Origin: a virus
Virus record (IMG/VR): IMGVR_UViG_3300050160_000070
Length of the DNA stretch: 64,000 bases
Reading direction: 5' to 3' (one strand)
The stretch's first letter is position 1; the number at the start of each line of letters is the position of its first letter. This document shows, one piece after another, positions 27,333-36,036 of this stretch. The notes under the pieces were generated by a model, which made no database searches, was not told where the DNA came from, and saw nothing but the letters and a program-made list of their open reading frames with translations. A program made the position numbers and the translations under genes.

Positions 27333-27359
27333 GAAGAGAGGCGGGCAACCGCCCTCTTC
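27333..27359 (+). terminator. GCAA-tetraloop hairpin after stop
   Basis: GAAGAG-A-GGCGG-GCAA-CCGCC-CTCTTC. Confidence 0.55.
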
Positions 27360-27416
27360 CACTATCCTGCTGAATGTGGGATAGTGGAAGAGTCATATCC
27401 ACAACGGAGCTTTGTG

Positions 27417-27833
27417 ATGGTCGAAATCAAAGTGTTCACCGGTAAAGAGGCCGCTACCGCCGCCTCCTTGGCGATTGAGCATCACCTGTTCGTGTCTGAA
27501 CACGGGTGGGAGTTGTGCGACCGCTTGCGGTGGGTTGAGTCGTTGTGCTCCGGAGGAACGATCGCCCTGGCGTTCGACGGAAACAAGCCGATTGGGGTTG
27601 GTTTGATCCGACACCACGCCGACGACTACGCAACGTACGTCAAGCCCGATCATCGCCGAAAAAAGATCGGCTCTCAGATGCTTCAGAAGCTGCGAGAAGA
27701 CGGTTTCTTCGTCAATCAGTGTGTCGGCACCGGTGCTGTCGGATCAAACGCTTTCTGGCGTGTTAACGAAGTCCGTCGCTTCGAGATGTACTCCGAGACG
27801 GACGAGGAGACTGGTTGCTTTATTGACGGATGA
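27417..27833 (+). CDS. GNAT-family acetyltransferase
   Basis: LAFDGNKPIG..YVKPDHRRKKIGSQML (motif A) ..SNAFW. Confidence 0.8.
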   Translation: MVEIKVFTGKEAATAASLAIEHHLFVSEHGWELCDRLRWVESLCSGGTIALAFDGNKPIGVGLIRHHADDYATYVKPDHRRKKIGSQMLQKLREDGFFVNQCVGTGAVGSNAFWRVNEVRRFEMYSETDEETGCFIDG

Positions 27834-27869
27834 GGTGTATAGTCACCCCACCGCAACCGAGGACACAAC

Positions 27870-28235
27870 ATGTCTGCAATCGTCACCAAGCAATCACTCG
27901 AGCAGATGCTCGAAGCAGCCGACACGGAAACCAAGGGCCGCATCATCGGTCGCGCGTTGGTTGGCCTGCTTCGACGCCAGACCGCTGAAGAGCAGGCGTC
28001 GAACGAGACGACGGTGAACAATAACGTCGGCTTCGCCGGCTGCGACGCCAAGAGCGGCAGCATCACCGCGAAGTACTTCCTCTCGCACGGCCGGCTCGAG
28101 CAGTGGCAGATCGATCGCTGGATGAAGCCTTCGTGCGGCTATCCGCGTATCTGCAAGTACGATCGCCAGCTGAACGAGATCGCGCAGGCCAAAGCAGCTC
28201 GTCGTGCCCAACAACCGCAACTGGAGCTGCAATGA
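27870..28235 (+). CDS. hypothetical protein
   Basis: GAGGA SD. Confidence 0.75.
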   Translation: MSAIVTKQSLEQMLEAADTETKGRIIGRALVGLLRRQTAEEQASNETTVNNNVGFAGCDAKSGSITAKYFLSHGRLEQWQIDRWMKPSCGYPRICKYDRQLNEIAQAKAARRAQQPQLELQ

Positions 28236-28411
28236 AGCTGAACGAAGACACGCCTGCTGTCCCGGCAATCGAGACGTTGCGTGACCAGCAGGCGTTCTTC
28301 ACCACACCGAAGGACGGTCCGACGCTGCAACCTGACTTTGAACGCTGGTTCTGGTGCGGTATTCCGATCCAGAACTGCGACGAAGCCAGCATCTGCTGCA
28401 TGGGCCACTGA
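28232..28411 (+). CDS. small hypothetical protein
   Basis: ATGA overlap with previous stop. Confidence 0.6.
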   Translation: MKLNEDTPAVPAIETLRDQQAFFTTPKDGPTLQPDFERWFWCGIPIQNCDEASICCMGH

Positions 28412-28491
28412 TCTGACCGCTTGACAATTCCTGTGTCTCACAGGATAGTCCCTATACCGTCAACCAACCGCTCTTGAAAGGAGCAACTGAA

Positions 28492-28902
28492 ATGAGTCTC
28501 TACAGCAAGCAAGACTACCGCGATGCGGGTCACGGCGTGATGTTCTGGGCGTTCGTCGTCGGGCTGATCATCCTGGCCGGCATTGTGATCAAGCTGGTCT
28601 TCTTCCCCGCGGAGCTGATCAGCAAGACGTTCGACGCCGACCGCGCGATCCGCAAGTACGAGTGGTTCCACGAAGCCGCCGCCCAGATCGACGCCAAGCG
28701 CAACGACATCTCCGCCCACACCGCCCTGGTCGCGCAGTCGTTCGGCACCGAGAAGAACCGCCTGATGATCGAGAAGGCCGGCATGCAGCAAGCGTGTCGC
28801 GACCTCGTCGCTCGCTACAACGCCGAGTCGACCAAGGTCAACTCCGTGATCTTCAAGGGCATGTCCGCCCCGAATTCGTTCTCCCTCACCACCTGCGACT
28901 AA
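28492..28902 (+). CDS. single-TM membrane protein
   Basis: AAGGAG SD; hydrophobic residues ~14-36. Confidence 0.8.
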   Translation: MSLYSKQDYRDAGHGVMFWAFVVGLIILAGIVIKLVFFPAELISKTFDADRAIRKYEWFHEAAAQIDAKRNDISAHTALVAQSFGTEKNRLMIEKAGMQQACRDLVARYNAESTKVNSVIFKGMSAPNSFSLTTCD

Positions 28903-28915
28903 GGAGCAGCACACC

Positions 28916-29422
28916 ATGAAGCGCATCTTCTCCACCATCTTCCTGATCCTGACCGCGTTCGTCCTGACCGCCTGCCTCAGCGACGAGGACCAGACCAAGC
29001 GCCAGCAACACAAGGCCGCTGCGGACGCCGCGAGCTCGCTGAACTTCACTGACAACGCCGAGATCGACAACATCAAGCGCCGCCTCGAGCTGACCAGCAA
29101 GCCGGGCCTGATGGGCTACATCGTGCTGATGAACGACGCCGGCCAACCGGTGTTCTACGGCACGATCAAGGGCAAGGTGACGTCCGGCAGCAAGCGCCTC
29201 ACCCGCCCGCGCTGGGTCGACAGCTTCGGCTCGACCGGCTCGGTGATCACCGATGCCCCGAGTGACGAAGGCACGTACGGTGGCAGCACGCCCTACATCT
29301 TCTTCTGGACGACGTCGGGTGCATACATGCAGTGGAGCGGCCAGTACCTGTACAGCGACAAGCCGATCCGCCTGAGCGTGCAACCGCTGGCTGTCAGCAT
29401 CGAGGCGCCGGCCCAGCAGTAA
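28916..29422 (+). CDS. putative lipoprotein
   Basis: Signal peptide with lipobox LTAC. Confidence 0.8.
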   Translation: MKRIFSTIFLILTAFVLTACLSDEDQTKRQQHKAAADAASSLNFTDNAEIDNIKRRLELTSKPGLMGYIVLMNDAGQPVFYGTIKGKVTSGSKRLTRPRWVDSFGSTGSVITDAPSDEGTYGGSTPYIFFWTTSGAYMQWSGQYLYSDKPIRLSVQPLAVSIEAPAQQ

Positions 29423-29469
29423 GCTGATCCACTAGTAGAGAAACCTTACGCTTCGTAAGCTCTCTACTA

Positions 29470-29512
29470 GATTAACGATAGGATTTCAGTTATAGTAATC
29501 CTATCGTTAATC
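29470..29512 (+). promoter_or_regulatory. -10 box in loop of a perfect 16-bp hairpin
   Basis: GATTAACGATAGGATT-TCAGTTATAGT-AATCCTATCGTTAATC; preceded by a second hairpin CTAGTAGAGA/TCTCTACTAG. Confidence 0.75.
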
Positions 29513-29527
29513 ACTAGTAAACAAATC

Positions 29528-29815
29528 ATGCACTTCACCACAATGGACGAGCTCGCCGATCTGCTGTACGACAAGCTGATCAACCACGACAAGGAGTTGA
29601 TGCGGGCGATGGCGAAGATGGCGATGGAGCGGATGGCCTCCTCGATCGACCTGGAGCCGAACCAGCCAGCGCCTGACGCGAACGACATCGCTTGTCAAGC
29701 CGGCGAGTTCACCAAGGACATGCTGGCCGATGCCGCGAAAGGGATCAAGGCTCACTTGAGTGAGCTGGCAGCGACCGCTCAGGTGAGCACCGTTACCACC
29801 CTCACCTGGAAGTAA
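29528..29815 (+). CDS. hypothetical protein
   Basis: 95-aa ORF, GC3-biased. Confidence 0.7.
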   Translation: MHFTTMDELADLLYDKLINHDKELMRAMAKMAMERMASSIDLEPNQPAPDANDIACQAGEFTKDMLADAAKGIKAHLSELAATAQVSTVTTLTWK

Positions 29816-29826
29816 GGAGAAGCACC

Positions 29827-29997
29827 ATGGTTTCCTATTTGGTCGTCACTCTCATCATCGGCGTGTTCCTGTCCTACTTGTGGAGCACGAATGGTTGGCT
29901 CAACCTCGCCTTGAAGGTGATGATCAGCAGCTGGACGGTGTGGACTCTGCTGAAGCTGATCGGTGCCGTCTACCCAGAACTGGCCGGCCGCCTCTGA
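29827..29997 (+). CDS. 56-aa two-TM membrane protein
   Basis: AAGGAG SD; hydrophobic. Confidence 0.65.
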   Translation: MVSYLVVTLIIGVFLSYLWSTNGWLNLALKVMISSWTVWTLLKLIGAVYPELAGRL

Positions 29998-30098
29998 CCG
30001 ATGCAGCCTCCCGGCTGCCCGCAGATACCTGGATCTCAATCGCGGTGACGCAACTGTCACCGCACCACTTCGAAATTTTCAACGGAGCAACTACAAGC

Positions 30099-30287
30099 AT
30101 GTACCAAGACGACAACGCCCCCGCTTTCAAGCCCCAGCTGCCGACCGACCTGGCGAACCTCAGCGTGCCGTTGGTGGCGATGGTGACGCAGCTGACGATG
30201 CCTACCCAGCACAACGCGCTGATGCAGAAGGCGGTCCTCAGCGTCAACGAGCAGTGCAAGGTGAACGTCGCCCGCATCGGCAAGTAA
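30099..30287 (+). CDS. small hypothetical protein
   Basis: CGGAG SD. Confidence 0.65.
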   Translation: MYQDDNAPAFKPQLPTDLANLSVPLVAMVTQLTMPTQHNALMQKAVLSVNEQCKVNVARIGK

Positions 30288-30363
30288 TTGCCAGTCTACC
30301 GGAGATCAACAACGAACGCATACGGTTGATCTTCAACACAGTCGGTAGGATACTCTCCTCATC

Positions 30364-30457
30364 GACTGCTGATCTCGCTTGTAGCATACAAGCGAATGCA
30401 GGTGTAGTGCACGCACCAACGCTAGGGCACCAGACTAGCCAAGCGAGATCAGCAGTC
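30364..30457 (+). ncRNA. structured 5' leader closed by an 18-bp perfect stem
   Basis: GACTGCTGATCTCGCTTG / CAAGCGAGATCAGCAGTC enclosing two hairpins. Confidence 0.55.
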
Positions 30458-30475
30458 TCAACCGGAGCTACGCAA

Positions 30476-30916
30476 GTGGAACATTTCTTTCAAGGTCTCG
30501 AGGACTGCCAGCAGTCCTTCGCTGGTGACATCACACCAATGCTGCGAGCGCAGATCGCCAGGACTCCGGTCACGGTGATGCTCCGCCATGAGACCGGCGA
30601 GCTGCGAGTGTCGTTCACCACCGCGTGGGATGAGCAGATCATCGTCGACTACGTGCCGGTTCAGTACGTGTCGAATGCGTTGCACGGCCGCTACGGCTTG
30701 CAGTTCGTCGTTGAGCTGCAGACGGAGGAGATCGACCGCGACAACGCCGTGTTCAACCCGGACGGTCTGGCCGCCCTGATGGCTGACGCAATTGACAACA
30801 TGCTGCGCCAGCGCCAGCGCCAGCGTCCGGTGAAGGGCGTGAGGAACCCACTGCTCGTCAGGATGACGGTCGGCGAGGTGAAGTACGAGACCGAGTACAT
30901 TCTGCCGGAAGTATGA
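30476..30916 (+). CDS. hypothetical protein
   Basis: GTG after CGGAG. Confidence 0.7.
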   Translation: MEHFFQGLEDCQQSFAGDITPMLRAQIARTPVTVMLRHETGELRVSFTTAWDEQIIVDYVPVQYVSNALHGRYGLQFVVELQTEEIDRDNAVFNPDGLAALMADAIDNMLRQRQRQRPVKGVRNPLLVRMTVGEVKYETEYILPEV

Positions 30917-30920
30917 GCTG

Positions 30921-30961
30921 TTGACGGCGAAGCGTAGATGAGATAAGATACGCTTCGCCGT
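30921..30961 (+). promoter_or_regulatory. hairpin promoter driving the RNA cluster
   Basis: TTGACG-17-TAAGAT; 13-bp perfect arms ACGGCGAAGCGTA/TACGCTTCGCCGT. Confidence 0.85.
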
Positions 30962-31056
30962 GTGAAGGTAGTGAAGTCTGGGGGCTGGCGTGAGAGCGCT
31001 AAGCCAGCTGGAGGTGGCGTCGGGTGTGGGCCTGCCAGCATCGTTCTTTGAAAATT

Positions 31057-31202
31057 AGTATCCTATGATCATCGCCGTCGGCGGCTGCATGTGGGCGGCA
31101 TCGCCGGCCGGTACGGATAGCACCTGATTCCATAAATGGATAGGGTGTGATTCTTGAAAGCATGTGTGGCTGTTGTCGAACGGCGATGATCATAGGATAC
31201 TA
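31057..31202 (+). ncRNA. structured RNA closed by a 23-bp perfect stem
   Basis: TAGTATCCTATGATCATCGCCGT / ACGGCGATGATCATAGGATACTA; stem extends with wobble pairs to a branched head. Confidence 0.6.
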
Positions 31203-31211
31203 GACGTAACG

Positions 31212-31401
31212 AAGATAGATTGAGTGGCACAGGATGCTTGGTTGCAACCACAATCAGGCGGATCTACGGCTAGGAAGACGGGCCCGTCAACCCAGCTGAG
31301 TCAGAGGACAAACCAACAGGCCTGGTAGCACGGAGTGGTATCCGAATATTCCAGGTGAGGTTTGGCGGCAGGCGACCGCGTTGTGCCACTCAATCTATCT
31401 T
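31212..31401 (+). ncRNA. structured RNA closed by a 20-bp perfect stem
   Basis: AAGATAGATTGAGTGGCACA / TGTGCCACTCAATCTATCTT enclosing several hairpins. Confidence 0.6.
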
Positions 31402-31411
31402 TTGAATCAGT

Positions 31412-31487
31412 GCCGGCTTAGCTCAGTTGGTAGAGCAACGCTCTTGTAAAGCGTAGGTCATCTGTTCGAGTCAGATAGCCGGCACCA
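31412..31487 (+). tRNA. trnT: tRNA-Thr (anticodon TGT)
   Basis: 76-nt cloverleaf GCCGGCT..AGCCGGC-ACCA; anticodon arm ACGCT-CTTGTAA-AGCGT. Confidence 0.97.
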
Positions 31488-31500
31488 CAGAATGCAAGAT

Positions 31501-31584
31501 CACGTCACACCGGAAAGGTCCGCCGGGGTGTGGTTCACAGGCTGGGGGCACTCAGCTGGGAGGTTCGAATCCTCTTGTGGCGTG
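31501..31584 (+). ncRNA. tRNA-like RNA with aberrant anticodon arm, no encoded CCA
   Basis: Acceptor CACGTCACA/TGTGGCGTG; D-arm CGGA-AAGG-TCCG; elongated arm with 3-nt loop GTT; T-arm GGAGG-TTCGAAT-CCTCT. Confidence 0.65.
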
Positions 31585-31691
31585 TGGCGTGTGATGGGAA
31601 ACGGTGCGCTGGAGTTTGTGCGCTCAAAGTGACGTAGTGGCAGGCGGCCGCCTGGAACCACCTCCGCCGTTCTTATTGCTTTACTGTTTAT

Positions 31692-31829
31692 GAAGGTGCC
31701 ATTGTTCGGTTCCCCGCGGTGCGTCGACGCAAAGCGGTGCAGGGCGTTGGAGTGGAGTAGTGCGCCGGAAGGCCGCCTACTTTGGCCAACTAAACAAGGC
31801 AAGTGCAAATCCTCCTGGTGGCACCTTCT
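31692..31829 (+). ncRNA. multibranch structured RNA, loosely tRNA-like
   Basis: 11-bp closing stem GAAGGTGCCAT/GTGGCACCTTC; GGAA tetraloop hairpin; T-loop-like TGCAAAT before the 3' strand. Confidence 0.45.
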
Positions 31830-31877
31830 TTTCTTTGATGTATACTCCCCTCATCGCAACTGTTCGGAGCAACCGAA

Positions 31878-32180
31878 ATGAGCCACATCCTCTCGTACAC
31901 CGAGACTCGCAGCCGCCTGATGGACCGCGTGCAGTGGGAGAAGATCGAATCGGTGATGAAGCACCTCAACTGGACGTGGGTCTTCACGAATTATGAAGTG
32001 CCGACGATCGACCAGATGAAGAGCTGTGTCGACCGCTTGTTCGACACTGTCTGGGAGAAGATGCACTCGGAAGGCAACACGGACGAGTGGTACTCGTCCT
32101 CCACTGGCGGCTTCGAAGTGCGCGCTTTCACGTTCGCCACCGGCGAAGTGGTGTACGAAGCGATCTTCAAGGTCATGTGA
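31878..32180 (+). CDS. hypothetical protein
   Basis: CGGAG SD. Confidence 0.75.
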   Translation: MSHILSYTETRSRLMDRVQWEKIESVMKHLNWTWVFTNYEVPTIDQMKSCVDRLFDTVWEKMHSEGNTDEWYSSSTGGFEVRAFTFATGEVVYEAIFKVM

Positions 32181-32251
32181 CCGCCCAGTTGACGTTTGTG
32201 AGGAGATATCGTATTATCTCCTCACTGACACAAGCAACCGGAGTAATCCAA

Positions 32252-32671
32252 ATGAGCCAGTTCAACCTCGCTGAAATGCTGAAGCTCGCCGCTGAAGATG
32301 GCCAGGACGGCGTTCGCTTCCGCGGCGATTACAGCGGCCGCGGCATGTGCGGACGTAAGTGCGTCGGCCTCGTCGGCCACCGCCGCTCCGTGATGGAGTG
32401 CGTCGGCGCCGTTCTGAAGGACCTGATGGCGGCGGTGCACGAAGCCGCCATCGACGCTGAGTCGGAAGAGGAAATGCGTGCCGCTCACCAAGCGCGCTCT
32501 GACGCCGAACGTGCCGTTGACCAGCTGATGGATATCAGCGAAGATTCGATGGGCTGGGACACGATCGTCTACTGGGACGACATCCAGCTGGTCGTCGAAA
32601 ATCACGACGACCTCTACAACACGGATCTGGAGCCGGATGACGACATCGGCGACGACGAACGGGACGAATGA
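32252..32671 (+). CDS. hypothetical protein, acidic tail
   Basis: CGGAG SD after hairpin promoter. Confidence 0.8.
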   Translation: MSQFNLAEMLKLAAEDGQDGVRFRGDYSGRGMCGRKCVGLVGHRRSVMECVGAVLKDLMAAVHEAAIDAESEEEMRAAHQARSDAERAVDQLMDISEDSMGWDTIVYWDDIQLVVENHDDLYNTDLEPDDDIGDDERDE

Positions 32672-32847
32672 TGACGCTGCTCGAACGCCTCGAAGAGATC
32701 GCACGCAAGCACTGCTTCGTGCCGCAACTGACACCCCGCAACAGCGACCGGCTCGACTTTCACGATGTCGGCTGCGTCAGCCTGGCTGATGCGCTGGCCG
32801 CTGCCTACCGCATGGGCCGCGTTGATGAGAAGGCGGGAGTCAAGTAA
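32668..32847 (+). CDS. DUF6900-like small protein
   Basis: LTPRNSDRLDFHDV..ALAAAYRMG matches the RNSDxLDFxDV motif. Confidence 0.7.
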   Translation: MMTLLERLEEIARKHCFVPQLTPRNSDRLDFHDVGCVSLADALAAAYRMGRVDEKAGVK

Positions 32848-32997
32848 ATGGCGCTGACACCGAAGACCACCCGAGTCACGGTGTATGTGGATGGGGAGGT
32901 GCTCCACGAGCACCACTTCCCCATTTTCCTGCTGCCGTTCATGCGCTGGCTGTGCCGCATGCTGGGTGCGACGATGCACACGCCCTGGTACAGTTGA
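32848..32997 (+). CDS. 49-aa hypothetical protein
   Basis: Abuts previous stop; its TGA lies within the next -35. Confidence 0.55.
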   Translation: MALTPKTTRVTVYVDGEVLHEHHFPIFLLPFMRWLCRMLGATMHTPWYS

Positions 32998-33052
32998 CAA
33001 GATAGGTGGTTGGTAGTATTATCTCGTTACTGTCAACCAAACGAGGAATGCA

Positions 33053-33691
33053 ATGTCTGACATGAAGCTGTTCGAGATCGATACGACCCACCCGTATCGC
33101 ATCACGATTTCCGCTGAGATCGCCCCCGAAGACGTGATCGGTGATGCGTTCACTCTCGAAGAAATCCAGGAACTGACGGGTGTTTCGCATCTCTACGGCG
33201 GAAACCGCACGATCCTGCGTGAAACGGTTGTCAAGGACGCTCTGATCGCGCTGAAACAGCAAGCAGTCGCTGCGGGCAAGAAGACGATCGTCATCAAAGA
33301 TGCCCAGCTTCTCGATGCGATCAAGGGCGGATACAACGTTTCGTCGTTCGTGCAAGGGATGCGCCGCGTCGGTGACCGCTTGTTTGTCGAGCATGTTGAC
33401 AAGAAGAAGGAACTGGTGCTGAAGAAGACACATGCCCGCGATCTGATCAACAAGGGCATGGTCCTGATTCGTGCCCGATTCGATCTCAAGTCCCACCAAC
33501 TTGACCCCAAGTACGTCAACGAGAACTACGAAGGTTTCGTCAAGTTCATCCAGGCCCTGTTGACTTGGGACGAACTGTCGGCAACTTTGTCTGACGAAGA
33601 GCGCCCGTTCATCAAGCAGGTGTGGGACAATCCTGCGATCTTCAGCAAAGACAAGTCGGAAGAAAAGACCGACGAAAACGATCAGGAATAA
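33053..33691 (+). CDS. hypothetical protein
   Basis: GAGGA SD; 212 aa. Confidence 0.8.
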   Translation: MSDMKLFEIDTTHPYRITISAEIAPEDVIGDAFTLEEIQELTGVSHLYGGNRTILRETVVKDALIALKQQAVAAGKKTIVIKDAQLLDAIKGGYNVSSFVQGMRRVGDRLFVEHVDKKKELVLKKTHARDLINKGMVLIRARFDLKSHQLDPKYVNENYEGFVKFIQALLTWDELSATLSDEERPFIKQVWDNPAIFSKDKSEEKTDENDQE

Positions 33692-33784
33692 CCACTCCTG
33701 TTGCGAAAAGACGGCAGCAGAGGTATTATCTCTCTGTCGTCGAACAAACGACATCAACCGCAAACAACTGCAAGGAACTGCACC

Positions 33785-34366
33785 ATGACCGCAATCGCCA
33801 AGCCCTTCATCGCCCCCGTCACCGCCTCTGTCGGCATGAACGAAGTCGTGTCGGTGTTCGTCGCGAAGTACGAAACGGCCCTGATCGAGAAGCGTGACCG
33901 TCTGCAACAACTGGTCAAGTCGCTGAAGAGCCAACTGGCCGCTCTCGACAAGGCGCTGATCGACGGCGTCAACAAGGCGGCCTACGAGGTGAACGTGCCC
34001 ACCCTGAACGTCAAGTTCGAGGTCGAGTCGGTCACCGTCAACTGGACGAAGGAACAGGCGAAGTCGTTCGTCAGCGTCAACACCAAGCTGAAGGACAACG
34101 ACAAGGGCGAAGATCGCTACGGTTACGGCTTCCAGAAGTCGTTCAAGATCAACGTCAACAGCATCGACTTCGACGACAAGGTTCGTCTCGACGGCGAACT
34201 GGAAGCGGCCAACACCGAACTGCTCGCAGCGATCGGCCAACTGAAGGACGTCGGTCGCAAGGAACGTCAAGTGCGGGCAACGATCGCTGAACAGCAACTG
34301 GAACAAGCGGGCATGTCGGATCTGCTCGGCAACACCGACCTGCAGAAGTTGATCGCAGTCAACTGA
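33785..34366 (+). CDS. coiled-coil hypothetical protein
   Basis: AAGGA SD. Confidence 0.8.
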   Translation: MTAIAKPFIAPVTASVGMNEVVSVFVAKYETALIEKRDRLQQLVKSLKSQLAALDKALIDGVNKAAYEVNVPTLNVKFEVESVTVNWTKEQAKSFVSVNTKLKDNDKGEDRYGYGFQKSFKINVNSIDFDDKVRLDGELEAANTELLAAIGQLKDVGRKERQVRATIAEQQLEQAGMSDLLGNTDLQKLIAVN

Positions 34367-34453
34367 TCAAGCTGAGAGTCTACAAAGACTCTCGTTGACA
34401 ACTGAATGGGGAGGTCTTATGATCTCCCCATTCGCTATTTCCAAATCGCAAAC

Positions 34454-34705
34454 ATGTCCGGCTACACTGGCAATCCTGATGCAGAAGCAGAACACGCGCT
34501 TATCCTCGCTGAAAACGCGATTAGAGCGTCGCAATCGCTGATCGACGGTCCTCAGCTCGACGACTGTCTTGATTGCGGTGAATCGATCAATCCTCTGCGT
34601 GTAGCGGCGATGAAGAAGATCGGCATGCGTTGCATGTACTGCATCACCTGCCAACCGAAGCACGACAAGGCTGGTGGCATCAGGATGCTTGACAGGATCC
34701 TGTAA
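34454..34705 (+). CDS. TraR/DksA C4-type zinc-finger protein
   Basis: CLDCGESINPLRVAAM....CMYCITCQ. Confidence 0.8.
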   Translation: MSGYTGNPDAEAEHALILAENAIRASQSLIDGPQLDDCLDCGESINPLRVAAMKKIGMRCMYCITCQPKHDKAGGIRMLDRIL

Positions 34706-34724
34706 AGACAGGATAATGATCTCC

Positions 34725-35099
34725 ATGAACACCGCACACACCTCCGAAGACGAGCTCAACGAAGCTGCGTCCTTCTACAGCGATCTCCACAAGGACTTCT
34801 ACGGCTTCCGGCCGCGGAACGACTTCAGCAACTGGACGGTCGCTGACTACGACGCTGCCGCGAAGCAGATCACTGATCAGATCGAACGCCGCAAGGAGAC
34901 GTTCGAGGGTCGCGAGCAGCTGCGTGCTGAAGGCTGGATCGCTGACGAGGTGCTGCCGGACCTGATGCAATCCGCGATCATCGCTGCGGAGAGCCGTGAC
35001 GCTGCTCTGAAGGCTTCCTACGGTGACGACTGGCGGCTGTACGGCGAGGAGAGCATGCTGGAGGCTCCGAAGCTGCGCAAGCGCTGGGGTGTTGCCTGA
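34725..35099 (+). CDS. hypothetical phage early protein (SDLHKDFYGFRPR motif), possibly leaderless
   Basis: ATG 7 nt after the GATAAT -10 box. Confidence 0.75.
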   Translation: MNTAHTSEDELNEAASFYSDLHKDFYGFRPRNDFSNWTVADYDAAAKQITDQIERRKETFEGREQLRAEGWIADEVLPDLMQSAIIAAESRDAALKASYGDDWRLYGEESMLEAPKLRKRWGVA

Positions 35100-35148
35100 T
35101 CCGCTAGCCGGAGCTATACTCTACTCATCGTAATGCGGAGGCAACATC

Positions 35149-35562
35149 ATGCAGATCTCTCAAGCCAAACTCAGAAAGATGCGCAGTGGCCAGACTGTGT
35201 GGCGTGTGCTGGCACATATCGATGCCCATGGCCTCACCGTCGGCGTGCAGCCGGTGCACTTCACCGGCAAGAAGGTGCGCAAGCCGATCGGTGTTGGCAG
35301 TAGCTGGCGGCCCGTGCAATTCAATTGGGCTGCGTACAACCGCTTGTACGAGCAAGGCGGCAACTACCGGTGGCTGACCAACCACTACAAGTTCGCCAAT
35401 GATGCGTTCGGTCACGGTGCGTTCACCAGCCGCAACTCTGCCGAGCGGTTCGCGCAGGAGATCCGCGATGGCCTGCATCCTGACCTCATCATGCGTCTGC
35501 GGGACAACTTCGAGATGGACCAGTACCTCACGTATGACTACGGCCATCCGGAAGAGGACTGA
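35149..35562 (+). CDS. hypothetical protein
   Basis: GGAGG SD. Confidence 0.75.
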   Translation: MQISQAKLRKMRSGQTVWRVLAHIDAHGLTVGVQPVHFTGKKVRKPIGVGSSWRPVQFNWAAYNRLYEQGGNYRWLTNHYKFANDAFGHGAFTSRNSAERFAQEIRDGLHPDLIMRLRDNFEMDQYLTYDYGHPEED

Positions 35563-35567
35563 ACGAC

Positions 35568-35867
35568 ATGAAGTACTTTGACATCGGCGAAGAACGCTAC
35601 CACCTCCGCCACCACAACGATGATGACAGCCGCACCGTTGTGCGCTGCGAGGACTTCTCATTCGCCGTGCTGCTGAAGTTCGACAGCAACCTCAACATCT
35701 TCAACGAAGAAGGCAAGCGCTGCGGCCGTCTGAAGGGCTACACCGGCAAATGGGTGTTGGTGATGGAGGATGGCGAAGAGCGCGATCTCAATGTCAGCTC
35801 CTTCGACTACGACTGGCAGGCGTTGGTGAAGGCCGAAGTGGAAGCAGCGAAGGTCCTCCTCAGCTAA
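35568..35867 (+). CDS. hypothetical protein
   Basis: GAGGA SD. Confidence 0.75.
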   Translation: MKYFDIGEERYHLRHHNDDDSRTVVRCEDFSFAVLLKFDSNLNIFNEEGKRCGRLKGYTGKWVLVMEDGEERDLNVSSFDYDWQALVKAEVEAAKVLLS

Positions 35868-35879
35868 GGAACATACAAG

Positions 35880-36029
35880 ATGATCACGTTCGAGATTCAG
35901 TGCGCCGTCAAGGCCGGCCAACAAATCGCAGGGAAGCAAGGCGTCCGCGCTGGCGCTGACTACATGGCAGCGAACGGCGTGCCGATGAAGCTCGCCCTGG
36001 CTGCCCTCGTGTTCTACATGCGCAAGTGA
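35880..36029 (+). CDS. 49-aa hypothetical protein
   Basis: AAGGA SD. Confidence 0.55.
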   Translation: MITFEIQCAVKAGQQIAGKQGVRAGADYMAANGVPMKLALAALVFYMRK

Positions 36030-36036
36030 TCGCAGC

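Noticed and set aside
31057-31401. Retron msr-msd (a1/a2 inverted repeats)
   Set aside because: Long closing stems are present but there is no reverse transcriptase (no YxDD polymerase ORF) in the window.
523-34306. Long minus-strand ORFs (e.g. 523-1866, 11423-12460, 24300-25841, 26620-27402, 32939-34306)
   Set aside because: They are antisense shadows of GC3-biased + strand genes, with no SD or recognisable motifs.
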